Shown one piece after another: positions 1 through 10,588 of a DNA stretch of 64,000 nt (the stretch's first letter is position 1; each line of letters starts with the position of its first letter). Made by a program: the position numbers and the translations under genes. Below the pieces are notes generated by a model, which was not told the origin of the DNA, searched no databases, and was given only the letters and a program-made list of their open reading frames with translations. The DNA is from an uncultured virus (IMG/VR IMGVR_UViG_3300038321_000417) (lineage: Duplodnaviria > Heunggongvirae > Uroviricota > Caudoviricetes): IMG/VR virus record IMGVR_UViG_3300038321_000417. One strand, 5' to 3'.

Positions 1-362
1 TCGTCAGCTATCTCATTGTATACCTCTAAACAGCTGCTTATAAAGGCTTCAACAGGGGTCATCCCCTCGCTCTCTCCCCCTATTAATTGCCTGTAATCTT
101 CCATATTTATTAACTTTGATTCCTCAAACTTACCTTTGTTACGCTCCAAAGTGGAAAGTAACGAATCTTCTGAAATAACATAAATCTCTTTCCGTGCATT
201 TATTAATGAATAAAAAACTGAGTACTCGTTTTTAAATATGTTTTCTCTTACCTTTGTCTTTAGATAATTGTGACATAACTTTATGTTCTCTAGTAGTTGC
301 TTATCGTCTACCGAAATTTCTCTGTAAATTAACCCCCCAAAAATAGTCTTGTCAAACTCCAC
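1..362 (-). CDS. Hypothetical protein, 5' part (runs off window edge)
   Basis: Read manually: GTG at 362-360 after AGGTGGG, open frame (MEFDKTIFGGLIYREISVDDKQLLENIKLCHNYL...) to position 1; absent from ORF track because no stop in window. Confidence 0.7.
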   Translation of the reverse strand, partial: MEFDKTIFGGLIYREISVDDKQLLENIKLCHNYLKTKVRENIFKNEYSVFYSLINARKEIYVISEDSLLSTLERNKGKFEESKLINMEDYRQLIGGESEGMTPVEAFISSCLEVYNEIAD

Positions 363-391
363 CTAGCCCACCTGTCTTTCCCCTTGTCCTA

Positions 392-586
392 CTAACTCTT
401 AGTATAGAATACTGTCCAATCTGAGTAAGCAATTATCCTCAAGATGTTTCTTGCTTCAATCAGTGTTAGATTGTTAATAAACTCACCAATCTCAGGCATA
501 TTTCCAGATTCAACTTTCTTTATTAAAGTGTCTAATTTGACCCTTACTGCTGTAATTTCGTCATGTACTTCCTCACCACTTCCCAT
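392..586 (-). CDS. Small hypothetical protein
   Basis: 64-aa ORF, AAAGGG RBS-like sequence upstream, co-oriented. Confidence 0.6.
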   Translation of the reverse strand: MGSGEEVHDEITAVRVKLDTLIKKVESGNMPEIGEFINNLTLIEARNILRIIAYSDWTVFYTKS

Positions 587-648
587 TTTTTATACCCTTT
601 TCTTTAAGGATTAAGAGAGCCTTATCTTTTGTGTTGTGACCTTTTATC

Positions 649-900
649 TTATGCTGTAACTTTACTGTTAGTCTGATGTGCAAGTATGTTTTTTATCCTG
701 TCATACCAAGAAATTAATCTCGGTTCTGCCTCTACTTTTGTTCTTATACCGCAAACATCACACTTAAAATGCAAGTATTTACTGCCTTGTACTGTCTCTA
801 CTTCCATGTAATCGACACCATTTAATTGATGCCCACAAAGACAGCGAAACGGTATCTTTTGTATAGGTATTTCAGTCTTTCTCATAATAGTTGCGTTCAC
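649..900 (-). CDS. Small Zn-ribbon protein
   Basis: CLCG...CDVCG cysteine pairs. Confidence 0.6.
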   Translation of the reverse strand: MNATIMRKTEIPIQKIPFRCLCGHQLNGVDYMEVETVQGSKYLHFKCDVCGIRTKVEAEPRLISWYDRIKNILAHQTNSKVTA

Positions 901-972
901 TTATACCACCGTCTTTCGTCTCTTTGTATTTCTGTTTACTCTCATAAGTATCTTACTCTCTTATTTATGTTT

Positions 973-1224
973 CTATTTCCAGACAAAGCCCTTTTTCCTA
1001 CAATATGCTCTGTCAACAACAGACGTATTAACCGCTTCTACAGATATATCTTGTCTTCCAAGCTTTAAGTTTAACTTATGCGCAGCTCTATTTGCTGCTT
1101 CTAAGTCTTTAAAACAAATTGCGGTAGATAGCCCAACACTATCTAAGTCGGAAAAGTATGCGAATTTATCGCATATGCCTAAAAATACCCCTCTGCTTTT
1201 ATTAACGACTATGTAATTACTCAT
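973..1224 (-). CDS. Small hypothetical protein
   Basis: 83-aa ORF with GAGGT RBS. Confidence 0.6.
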   Translation of the reverse strand: MSNYIVVNKSRGVFLGICDKFAYFSDLDSVGLSTAICFKDLEAANRAAHKLNLKLGRQDISVEAVNTSVVDRAYCRKKGFVWK

Positions 1225-1331
1225 TTAATTGTACCTCTCACATGTCTACTGATCTTTGTTTAATTCTAATACTATCGTTTGTATACTCCCACACAAAAGT
1301 ATCTTTCTTCATTGTGAAAGTACTTGTAGAC

Positions 1332-1374
1332 AAAAAAGTGAATAGGAATCCATATAGAATCCCTATTCACTTTT
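1332..1374 (-). terminator. Rho-independent terminator after topoisomerase A subunit
   Basis: AAAAGTGAATAGG...CCTATTCACTTTT inverted repeat with A/T tails just after the stop. Confidence 0.8.
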
Positions 1375-1379
1375 AAACC

Positions 1380-3503
1380 TTATACCAACGCTAATGCCAC
1401 ATTAGTTGCCTCTCCTGACTTATAGTTTACAACACCAGTTAATTCCACAAGCTGCATATCTCTAATGTTGTCGATTTTTCCAGCAAATACAACAGTTTTA
1501 GCTGTCTTTGACTTGCGCAGTATATCTGTGAATTTAACCGTCGCCTGTTTTCCAAGTAATGATGTAACTTTTACATACACATTATCGCTGTCTGAATCTG
1601 CAAACTCTATTGAACCAATATAATTCCCATCTGCAAATCCTTTTTGTATGTACTTCTGCTTACGCTTATCAGTAGCAAACTCATTACTTGAAACAATGCA
1701 AACCCTGCCGTCATCATCACAAAACACATATGTTCTGTCCGGTTTCCATAACTTAATATCAATTATTTCAGCATCCTCTATCCCAAAATCCGATAGAATG
1801 AATACCCCTGTTTTCTTACCTGTAGTATACTCTATATTTTCCAAGTATACCTTATAAATTTCACCAGTTGAGGCGAACAACACTATAACATCATTTGCCT
1901 TGCAGTTTACGTTGTATACACAGTTAGACGGCATTTTTGCGTTCATACTATTCTTGTATATAAACAAATCTTCCGTGATGCCAATTTGAACATTTGACCT
2001 GTCAACTGGTTTTTCATAAATAACTGTAACAGGTGTCAAATCTTCGGGATACTCGTCATATATAACTGACTTTTGTCGATAGCCTTTTTTCTCAAACTTA
2101 ACCTGTAGCCCCGATAATTCATCAACAATGAAAGGTACTGGATCAAGTACAATTTCCTCAGCACGTTGAAGCTCTTTTGTTAGGTTTACTAACTGCTCTT
2201 TTTTCTGTTCGAGCGAAAACTTCCTTATGTCTTTTATTTTTAAGTCCAATAAGAATTCAAATATCTGCTGATTGAACGGTGTAACCCTTGCTTTTAAGTA
2301 GTTGTAAAGCACAATATCGTTGTCCTCATTCTTAACAAGTTTAACCCATTCATCAATATCAACTTTTGCCATAAAACTCATATATGCTTGTAAAAACATC
2401 AGCTTACTTTCCAAACCATCAACAAGTAACTTAAAGTGTTTACTTACAACTGCCTTACGCCATTTACACCACTCTATAAGTAAGTGTCTTACACCTATTT
2501 GTTTTAGGGAATTCCCGTCTATTACATTAATGTTTACCGGGTAATTCTTCTGTAAGTCTGATTTATTCAATATGTAATTAACTACAGCATCAGGTTCTCC
2601 GTTGAGTTTTATAACAAGTTTGAAACCTTTAATGCCTGATTCATCTTTAGCTTCAATAAACCGTGTTCTAAAATAATTGTCCCGTTTCGCCAACTTATAA
2701 AGCCCATCAATAACATTTTCAATTATAACTCCATAAGGTAACTCAGTAACAACCATTTCAAAATATCTACCTTTTTGTTCGATCGAATATGTAGCATATA
2801 GCGGAATTGATCCTTTACCTCTTGTCCATATTTCTTTCATGCTCTCCCATAGTGCTACAATACTCCCGCCAGTCGGAAAGTCAGGTCTCAAATCCATGTA
2901 ATTAAATTCTTTTCCTTGTATAACCGCCTTTGTAGCCTCAATTAAGTCAATCACATTAAAGGATGGAATTGATGTTGCAAACCCTACCGCAATACCCTCT
3001 GTGGGATTTGCTAAAACCGCAGGAAAATTGACAGGTAACGCCTTTGGTTCTGTGTTTTTGTTATCGTACGATGGTAACATTTCAACTGAGTCTAAAAATT
3101 CAAAATATTCCTTTGCGTATTCCTCTAGCATAGCTTCTGTATACCGAGGTGCTGCACTCGCAAAATTAGATGTTACTGAACCAAAGTTTCCTTTTCCATA
3201 AATCAATGGAAAGTTCCATGCACCATATTTGTCTGTCATTCTAGTCATAGTCTCATATATAGCCATGTCACCGTGAGGATGCAACTTCATAACTTCACCA
3301 ACAACGTTGGCACTTTTTGTCTTGTTATTGAACAACTTCTGCTTGTACATTGTATACAGAATTCTTCTCTGGGAGGGTTTTAGCCCATCCTGTAAGTCCG
3401 GTATAGCCCTGTCCAACAAGACCTTTACCGCATAAGGCATGTAATTGCCATAAATAACATCCCTTATATCTGTGTCTACAACTGTCTGTTTTGCTAAACT
3501 CAT
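1380..3503 (-). CDS. Type IIA topoisomerase subunit A (GyrA/ParC-like)
   Basis: RAIPDLQDGLKPSQRRIL, VVGEVMKLHPHGD and AAPRYTE (catalytic Tyr); ATG at 3503 with GGTGGGTG RBS; no canonical GyrA-box seen. Confidence 0.95.
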   Translation of the reverse strand: MSLAKQTVVDTDIRDVIYGNYMPYAVKVLLDRAIPDLQDGLKPSQRRILYTMYKQKLFNNKTKSANVVGEVMKLHPHGDMAIYETMTRMTDKYGAWNFPLIYGKGNFGSVTSNFASAAPRYTEAMLEEYAKEYFEFLDSVEMLPSYDNKNTEPKALPVNFPAVLANPTEGIAVGFATSIPSFNVIDLIEATKAVIQGKEFNYMDLRPDFPTGGSIVALWESMKEIWTRGKGSIPLYATYSIEQKGRYFEMVVTELPYGVIIENVIDGLYKLAKRDNYFRTRFIEAKDESGIKGFKLVIKLNGEPDAVVNYILNKSDLQKNYPVNINVIDGNSLKQIGVRHLLIEWCKWRKAVVSKHFKLLVDGLESKLMFLQAYMSFMAKVDIDEWVKLVKNEDNDIVLYNYLKARVTPFNQQIFEFLLDLKIKDIRKFSLEQKKEQLVNLTKELQRAEEIVLDPVPFIVDELSGLQVKFEKKGYRQKSVIYDEYPEDLTPVTVIYEKPVDRSNVQIGITEDLFIYKNSMNAKMPSNCVYNVNCKANDVIVLFASTGEIYKVYLENIEYTTGKKTGVFILSDFGIEDAEIIDIKLWKPDRTYVFCDDDGRVCIVSSNEFATDKRKQKYIQKGFADGNYIGSIEFADSDSDNVYVKVTSLLGKQATVKFTDILRKSKTAKTVVFAGKIDNIRDMQLVELTGVVNYKSGEATNVALALV

Positions 3504-3731
3504 TACTTCACCCACCTTAAATAAAACTTAATTATACCTTTATAATTAAAGTATCAATTAATTATCATGTTTAACCTTTAATATCCTTTACCTTAAAAAA
3601 CAAATTCTCACAATAAAAACTAGTAATCACTCTTTAATCTTGTAACAATAAGTTTCGTCACCTCAACACTTTCTGGAAATCCTTATATGTTAATTTAGAT
3701 AAAATAAAAGGAAATTTTCCTAACTGTTAAG

Positions 3732-5678
3732 TTAGGAAAATACCTCTGCCAAATTCATGTTTTTCATATAATCTACTATTAATGTTTTTCTTTCCTCTAA
3801 ATTGTCACCAAGTAAAGCATCAAATACCCAAGCTGTCATTTCCTCATACCGATCTTCGTCATACTCTACCCTTACAAGTCTTCTTGTATCTGGACACATT
3901 GTAGTCTGCCACATCATGTCTGGATTATTTTCACCAAGACCTTTAGACCTATTCACAGTATGCCGTACCTCTTTTTCATTTAAACTCTCTACAATGCTGT
4001 CCTTTTCTTCATTTGAATATGCAAACAAAGATTCCTTACTTGTTTCAATTTCAAATAAAGGTGATTCAGCAATGTAAACTCTACCTTGCCTTAATAATGT
4101 AGGATATAGTCTGTAGAAAAACGCCAAGATTAATGTCCTAATCTGGAAACCATCCTCGTCAGCGTCTGTACATATAACAAACTTTTCCCACTCCCGTATG
4201 TCACCAAATGATACCCTGCCTACTCCCCTTAATTCCACGTTCTCATTGATAATTTTTATTAAACGCAAGATTATGTCGTTTGAAAGTATTTGTGTAACAT
4301 CCGACTTCAAACAGTTCTTAATTTTACCTCTTACGGAAGTGATTGCTTGAAACTCACTGTCTCTTGCTTGTCTACAAGAACCCATAGCAGAATCTCCCTC
4401 AACTATGTAAAGCTCTCTATTATAATCACTTCTGCAATCAACAAACTTGTCAATAGGAGAATTATCAAATTCCTCAATTTTTTCCTGTGCCTTTTTAATT
4501 TGCTTTTTCAATTTTGCAGCTGTCTCTTGCGCTTTTTCATGTACGTCAATTACTTTTTTAAAGTAGTCTCGAATTTCTTTATTCTTTTGAAATATCTTAC
4601 CAATCTCAACACTAAGCACTTCTGTGAGAACCGTTTCTAGCCCTTTGTTTAAAACTGTTCTTTTTGCCTGTCCGTCATAGGATGTTGAAGTTGAGCGAGT
4701 GAATATAAATGCACTTAGATTACCCTCTAAATTGTAGATGTCTCTAAGATACAATCCTTTGTCCAGTGATTCGCTTAAACCTCTACCTACCCCTTGAAAT
4801 AAAGACTTTGAATGTATTCCCCCACGACTTCCTTTGTCAACTTCAACCATGTTGTGGAAGAACCTAACTTCACCACCATTTTGAACAAACGCAAAAGCTA
4901 TTTTATACTCGTACCTGTAAGCATCACTACCATCTCTTTTATCGGATGTTGTTCCGCTACCCTCTGTGAACAAGTAGTCTGAAATTACTTTTTCTTTGGT
5001 CTTGTCCTTTAACACTTCTTTGTAATCTTTTGAACCTATTACTTCGGTTTCACCTGTAACTTCATCTTTAAAGTTAAAAGTGACCCCCGATGCTAGTGCC
5101 ATCCCCTGTATTGTAGGTATAAACCAATTATCATCTATTTCTATTTCGTCGAAAACTTCTAAATCAGGTAGCCAACGTATCCTTGTGCCTGTTTCGGATG
5201 GATTATCTGAATTAGTTGTGCTAAGTTCTGTAACTGGATCGCCTTTTTTAAAACTTATCTTATATGTCTTTCCCCCACGTTTAGATTCTACTTCCATGTA
5301 TGTAGACGCAAACTGTACAACCGTAAGTCCTACTCCGTTTAACCCTACTGACATGTCATATTCTGTACCACTATACTTACCGCCTGCAAATAATTGTGTG
5401 AATATCAATTCCCAATTATATTTGCCCTCTTTTTCATTGTAATCCATTGGTACGCCTCTACCCCTGTCTATTACCTCTAATGAGTGATCTGCATACCTTG
5501 TTATGTCGATTACTTTACCAAAACCCATAGACGCTTCATCTAATGAGTTACCGACAACCTCAACTACAGTGTGTTTAACAGCATTAAGATCATGTGATTG
5601 CAACCATATGTCTGGCTTTAATCGTACCTTTTCTTTTTCCGACAATGACCGTATATTAGTCTCCGATAAATTACTCAA
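3732..5678 (-). CDS. Type IIA topoisomerase subunit B (GyrB/ParE-like)
   Basis: GHKL motifs EVVGNSLDE, DRGRG, GGKY, GLNGVG; TOPRIM VEGDSAMG and CTDADEDG; RSKGLGE. Confidence 0.95.
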   Translation of the reverse strand: MSNLSETNIRSLSEKEKVRLKPDIWLQSHDLNAVKHTVVEVVGNSLDEASMGFGKVIDITRYADHSLEVIDRGRGVPMDYNEKEGKYNWELIFTQLFAGGKYSGTEYDMSVGLNGVGLTVVQFASTYMEVESKRGGKTYKISFKKGDPVTELSTTNSDNPSETGTRIRWLPDLEVFDEIEIDDNWFIPTIQGMALASGVTFNFKDEVTGETEVIGSKDYKEVLKDKTKEKVISDYLFTEGSGTTSDKRDGSDAYRYEYKIAFAFVQNGGEVRFFHNMVEVDKGSRGGIHSKSLFQGVGRGLSESLDKGLYLRDIYNLEGNLSAFIFTRSTSTSYDGQAKRTVLNKGLETVLTEVLSVEIGKIFQKNKEIRDYFKKVIDVHEKAQETAAKLKKQIKKAQEKIEEFDNSPIDKFVDCRSDYNRELYIVEGDSAMGSCRQARDSEFQAITSVRGKIKNCLKSDVTQILSNDIILRLIKIINENVELRGVGRVSFGDIREWEKFVICTDADEDGFQIRTLILAFFYRLYPTLLRQGRVYIAESPLFEIETSKESLFAYSNEEKDSIVESLNEKEVRHTVNRSKGLGENNPDMMWQTTMCPDTRRLVRVEYDEDRYEEMTAWVFDALLGDNLEERKTLIVDYMKNMNLAEVFS

Positions 5679-5930
5679 AAAAAATCACCCCTCAAATTTT
5701 AAATATTTATGAAACTACCTTTTTTATCGTTACAGTACTAATTTTATACAAAGTAAATAAGAATTAAATTAAGTATAAGAATTTCAATTACCCTTGATAC
5801 CCTTTTGTACTTCTTATAACACGAAAATTGAAGTGTATTTATATCTTGAAAACGCATAACAACACTTCAATTCTCTATTATCTATGTCATGCTGTTCTTG
5901 AATGTCCTTAGAAAAACCAAATATCACTTC

Positions 5931-6470
5931 TTATGTAGCTTGATTGCTTTCTGCACTTCTATTCTTTAGACTTTTCTCAGGTATAACAAGTGACACAACT
6001 GTGTTAATCGCTAATAGTATAGTTGTAATCGCAGTAACATAATTAAGTATGTGTAAGTGATAAGCAAACCACATTATTTGTGTTATTAACATAGACCATT
6101 TCAAGTGTTTAGGTTGTTTAGCAATAAGCATACCTAAAGTATAGCCTACACTCGCCACACAAGGTAATACTGAATAAAAGCTATCGACAAAAGGGATGTT
6201 CACTATAAACGTAATAGAGATCAAAAATATAGTGTGCCATTTTGAATCCCATTTCTTCAGTACAAAAATGTTCCTAGTCAATGTAACTATGCTAGATATT
6301 GCCCCTGTGAATCCTTTTAACACCAAACAACTCACTATGTCTACTATCTTTTTCCAGGTCTGTATCTTTACCATACCCTCTTTGGTTTTTGAGTAAACCG
6401 ATATAGCAAACAATATTGAACCTACTGCACCTAATATGTTACCTAACACAACCACAGTACCACCGCCCAC
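5931..6470 (-). CDS. YgjV-family-like inner membrane protein
   Basis: Multi-TM pattern GNILGAVG..., KGFTGAIS..VTLTRN, LPCVASVGYT, MWFAYH resembling YgjV. Confidence 0.65.
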   Translation of the reverse strand: MGGGTVVVLGNILGAVGSILFAISVYSKTKEGMVKIQTWKKIVDIVSCLVLKGFTGAISSIVTLTRNIFVLKKWDSKWHTIFLISITFIVNIPFVDSFYSVLPCVASVGYTLGMLIAKQPKHLKWSMLITQIMWFAYHLHILNYVTAITTILLAINTVVSLVIPEKSLKNRSAESNQAT

Positions 6471-6485
6471 TTATCAACTTAAAAG

Positions 6486-6512
6486 AAAAAGCTGATACTC
6501 CCGTCAGCTTTT
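6486..6512 (-). terminator. Rho-independent terminator
   Basis: AAAAGCTGA...TCAGCTTTT hairpin downstream of the 6545 ORF. Confidence 0.7.
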
Positions 6513-6544
6513 CACTTTATATTATTTAATTTAAAGTCGATAGT

Positions 6545-7393
6545 TTATTCAGCACTAACTTTAATGTCTATGTTGAATTTACCGTCAATCATATCTAGCA
6601 CCGCAAGTACATACTCCAAGCACGAATCTTTATCGGAAGAAGTTATGTTGAATGAAACATTATCAAACTGACTAATTTTAGGTTTTCCAGTCGTACTATT
6701 TACTGGCGTAGCTCTTTTTTCCTCAATAGGCGTAATAGAGGCTGTATCTTTTTTAATGAAAGCTTCTTTTTGAGGTAAAACTTCTTTTTTAATGTCGGTT
6801 TTCCCCGCCGATCTAAGTCCCTTAAATGCTCCATACTCCGCTAACTTCGTTTGAACATCCTCGTTTTCAATGTCAATGTTCGCTCTCTTCGCCCACGATA
6901 CAATAGTGTTTGGCTGATACATGTATATAAGTCCTCTTTCTGTTTTACGCCTTGCCAAGGAAAGTAAATCAACTATCTGTTGCTTTTTTACTCCCCAGTG
7001 AGCCGCATAGAGATTTATATTTTGCCGTATCTCTTGATTGTAAATAAACTTAATTGTAGCAACTGGCAGGAAACGAAGTTCATTCCAATTTAAGAGATTT
7101 AAAACTTCCTTAATTTTTATCCCTCTGTCTGTTAAATGGGGTTTAAGTTTATACAATACTAACCCCAATTCCTCTGCTTGTAAATATTCTTTCATGTTAT
7201 ACACCTCAACTTTACTTGGTTTAGTATATTCTCTGAGTGCCTTACCGCTTAAATAACTAGACGGCGTTTTAAGGGTGTGTATATACCTATTAGTGCGCAT
7301 ACCCCTTACACCGCTTGCTGTCCTTTTCTTTTCCCTAACTTCCTGCTCAAATAATTTCCGTACAGTCAACTTTTCACCACCCCTTTTTAACAT
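6545..7393 (-). CDS. Hypothetical protein with basic N-terminus
   Basis: 282-aa ORF; N-terminal EKKRTASG...LKTPSSYLS resembles Firmicutes phage/prophage proteins (recollection only). Confidence 0.65.
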   Translation of the reverse strand: MLKRGGEKLTVRKLFEQEVREKKRTASGVRGMRTNRYIHTLKTPSSYLSGKALREYTKPSKVEVYNMKEYLQAEELGLVLYKLKPHLTDRGIKIKEVLNLLNWNELRFLPVATIKFIYNQEIRQNINLYAAHWGVKKQQIVDLLSLARRKTERGLIYMYQPNTIVSWAKRANIDIENEDVQTKLAEYGAFKGLRSAGKTDIKKEVLPQKEAFIKKDTASITPIEEKRATPVNSTTGKPKISQFDNVSFNITSSDKDSCLEYVLAVLDMIDGKFNIDIKVSAE

Positions 7394-7414
7394 ATTACCG
7401 CCTAAGTGTGAAAA

Positions 7415-8323
7415 TTACCACCTGTCGTATTTCACCCATCCAATTAAATATCTATTCAATAAATACGCAAGAAGCTCTGAAATTATTTCTTTTGCCTTAC
7501 ACACCGGACACTTCCTCTGTAATAAACTTATATACGTGTCGTGAGCGTATTTAATACATTCATGTAAACTTTCAATTTCTGTTAAGTTAACTACAGTTAC
7601 ACTTTCTTTACGATTCTCAAAATAACTCTGTACCTTTTGCATTATATTCTCTGTGTTACTTATCTCAATAATGTCGACAAAGCTATCCCATCCAGGATTA
7701 ACCCTATATTCAACTCTATATGCTTTAGTCCTATCTCTTGTAGCTTTTTTATACCTCTGGTCTTCTTCCTCAAATTGTGCTTCTAACTCTACAGGCGTGT
7801 CAAATTCACCAAACACTTCATTACTGTCCAGTGCTTTAAAAACATCGTTTTCACCAGTAGAGCATACACCGTTACTTGCACACTCTGTAGTCTCTTTTTT
7901 ATTATTTTTCCATATAGGGAAATAGTTATCTACAACGTGCATATGTAAATCCTCGTATACTTGTTGCGCCCGTTCCTTTGAACAGCCCCATATTATCATG
8001 TGTTGTTGCTGCATCTCAAACATACAATCTAGATATGCATCTATATTCGTTATCTCTACAACTTTAAATATTTCGGTCAACTTATCTTTACCTAAGTTTC
8101 CATCCAAATCTTTATATGCGTTCGTTAATATGTTAACTGCCCCATCTTTACTGTAAGCCTCATATATTTCAACATTAACAAGATCGCTTTTGTTATCCTT
8201 GTACTCTAATCTGTACAACCTAAGAGGCTGTCCCTTATAATATTCCTTTAATTTTTCATCTTCTTCCATGAACTTCATAAGCTTTTTCCAGTAGTACCCC
8301 TTGGATTTGTTGTTGTCACTCAT
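7415..8323 (-). CDS. Hypothetical protein with internal duplication
   Basis: GAGGT RBS; repeated YR(L/V)EY...VV(E/N)(I/L)T(N/E)I...L(D/H)(C/EC) module. Confidence 0.7.
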   Translation of the reverse strand: MSDNNKSKGYYWKKLMKFMEEDEKLKEYYKGQPLRLYRLEYKDNKSDLVNVEIYEAYSKDGAVNILTNAYKDLDGNLGKDKLTEIFKVVEITNIDAYLDCMFEMQQQHMIIWGCSKERAQQVYEDLHMHVVDNYFPIWKNNKKETTECASNGVCSTGENDVFKALDSNEVFGEFDTPVELEAQFEEEDQRYKKATRDRTKAYRVEYRVNPGWDSFVDIIEISNTENIMQKVQSYFENRKESVTVVNLTEIESLHECIKYAHDTYISLLQRKCPVCKAKEIISELLAYLLNRYLIGWVKYDRW

Positions 8324-8559
8324 AAATATGACCTCACTTCCACATTAAATTGATTCGAATAATTTCCTATATCCTTTGTAACTAATCTTGTGATCTGTAA
8401 CCCCACATACACACGTTATTAACAATGTGACCTTTTAACCCCTCATCTTGTGGCACTATTTCACCTATTTAGTTTACATAACTTACTCCCATTTGTTGAG
8501 ATTCAACGAAATAGCATTTTCGTTAAATGAGTTTCACTAATATTATACTTATATGGAAT

Positions 8560-8608
8560 AAAAAATCACCTTGTACTCTATTCCTTACATAGTACAAGGT
8601 GATTTTTT
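8560..8608 (-). terminator. Strong inverted repeat / terminator
   Basis: AAAAATCACCTTGTACT...AGTACAAGGTGATTTTT. Confidence 0.8.
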
Positions 8609-8665
8609 CCTGTCCAATTTATTTTTTTTTGCAATTTAATATTGAAGTATTTTTAAGTCAAGAAA

Positions 8666-8884
8666 TTATTGAAACAAATTCACCTGCAAGTGGACAGTGT
8701 TTGAATAGGCATACCAAACACCTTTTGTCTCTAAATCTTTCTGTAACTCTAAACGCCCAAGTCCGCTATCTTTAGCAAATTTATTGACCGCATGATCTAC
8801 TCTTTTTGCAAATATTCTGGTTATATACTTAAATCTACCATTAGTTATGTCGTACACATCATACATGTTATACGTGTCATTCAA
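8666..8884 (-). CDS. Small hypothetical protein
   Basis: 72-aa ORF followed by terminator; start uncertain. Confidence 0.55.
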   Translation of the reverse strand: MNDTYNMYDVYDITNGRFKYITRIFAKRVDHAVNKFAKDSGLGRLELQKDLETKGVWYAYSNTVHLQVNLFQ

Positions 8885-9006
8885 TAAGATGCTTTTATTT
8901 CAGCTCCTTTATATTTGTTGCATAAATCATTATTCAGGTTAACCCTTAGAGTTACAACTACTGATGTATTGTCTTTTCTAAATTCACACTTGTCCTGTTT
9001 TTAACT

Positions 9007-9654
9007 CTACTTATCTGTTTTCTTTTTAGGCTGATGCATTCTCCAACTTGTACTTCTCTTTTTTAAATCACGTCTCTGAATGTCAAATATGTAGCTTAAA
9101 AGTTTTTCCTGTTTCTTAAATTCAATAGCTATAAACCTCACACCAAATTCCTTTTTCCTCTTTGAAAGTTCAATCTTACGTACTACAATACCCTCATACT
9201 GTATGTCAATGTTATTTTCTAAATGTATATTCCCTTTTAACTTATCTCCTACCTCAAACTGCCTGTCCGTATGAAAACAAAATCCGCCACCGCTTATATC
9301 TGATGTTTTAAAATAATCCTTATCCGTGTCACTATTTTCAATATCGAATAGTATAGCCTCTTTTACCCTGTAAAACCCCCGTCTTTCCGCTTTCTGAGGT
9401 TTATCAGTGCATATTGCCTGTACGATTTTAATGTTATTTTCCTCATAGATAGATTTTACCTTTACCCTTTGTTCGTATAAACTTTTGTTCTCCATATACA
9501 ATAATAGGATTTCTTCCGATTGTTGTAGCTCGATTAATACCCCTTTCTCTGTCGGCATGTAAAAGTGGACACAGTCGCCGATTCTGTTAGTGACAACACT
9601 CTTACACTCATTGGTAAACGTTTTAACATCCACATTCTGTCCTACCTTTAACAT
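9007..9654 (-). CDS. PilZ-domain protein (YcgR/flagellar-brake-like)
   Basis: ERRGFYRV (RxxxR) and DISGGG (DxSxGG) c-di-GMP motifs, GVRF, IFDIQRRDLKK tail; ATG 9654 with GGAGAGG RBS. Confidence 0.9.
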   Translation of the reverse strand: MLKVGQNVDVKTFTNECKSVVTNRIGDCVHFYMPTEKGVLIELQQSEEILLLYMENKSLYEQRVKVKSIYEENNIKIVQAICTDKPQKAERRGFYRVKEAILFDIENSDTDKDYFKTSDISGGGFCFHTDRQFEVGDKLKGNIHLENNIDIQYEGIVVRKIELSKRKKEFGVRFIAIEFKKQEKLLSYIFDIQRRDLKKRSTSWRMHQPKKKTDK

Positions 9655-9788
9655 TGTCAGCATTCCTCTCCAAATAATAAATTTATTTCCCAAACTTTAC
9701 TTCTTTACTCTCTATGTCCTATAAAAACAATACGTAAGGAAATAATACTATCAATCCTTCGATTTTTTATTGCAATGTTAATGTATAC

Positions 9789-10568
9789 CTATATATGTTT
9801 ATCAATATATTCCGATTTATAAGGTACTGTTGTGTGTACTCCTATTCTACCTACAAAATGTTCTTTGATAAAATTCTGATACTCAACCACCAAGTCTAAT
9901 AATATACCCTCTTTTGGTGCATTAAATAATACTAATTTTTTAGAAATCGACATAATACCCCATTTGCTAGCAGGTCTGTAAACTGCTAAATCAGGAATAA
10001 TAGATTCCAATGATAAAGGTAACCCTCTATCCCTTTCAGATGCAAATAATTCAAGTAACTCTCCGAAAACTACCCTTGTCTTACCATTTACATTTAACTC
10101 AAAAGGCTTAACAAATTTACCTTTTATATCTTTATTTATTTTTGCAAAAAATATCTCAGCGTTAAGTGGAGATCTCTCATATCTACCGTACAATACTTCT
10201 GTTAAAAGCTCTTTTACTCTTGAAACTGTTTTATACTTAATTGTAATTGAATTCGTAATCTCTACTGCTCTTTTAAAAATAATAGAGTCTACTACTTCTT
10301 TTGCTGCAACTTCTATCATTTCTTTTTGTTCATCATTCATATCTGTGTTATTCTTAATACCTTTTGAAAACATATGGTACAAAAAATAATTCACATTGAA
10401 CGCCCAGTCAATATCTCTATCGTTAAACTCCAAGTTATACCTGTCATATAAAAATCTAACTATGCTTTCACTGTTTTTTAGTGTGAATAACGATCTTTTT
10501 CTTGTCAATAATTCCGATATCAAGGATAACACCATTGTAGTCTTTTCATATTCCGTAAACATTTCCAT
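9789..10568 (-). CDS. Hypothetical protein
   Basis: 259-aa ORF with GAGGT RBS, directly behind the DnaC-like gene. Confidence 0.7.
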   Translation of the reverse strand: MEMFTEYEKTTMVLSLISELLTRKRSLFTLKNSESIVRFLYDRYNLEFNDRDIDWAFNVNYFLYHMFSKGIKNNTDMNDEQKEMIEVAAKEVVDSIIFKRAVEITNSITIKYKTVSRVKELLTEVLYGRYERSPLNAEIFFAKINKDIKGKFVKPFELNVNGKTRVVFGELLELFASERDRGLPLSLESIIPDLAVYRPASKWGIMSISKKLVLFNAPKEGILLDLVVEYQNFIKEHFVGRIGVHTTVPYKSEYIDKHI

Positions 10569-10588
10569 AAGGTTACCTCTATATTCTG

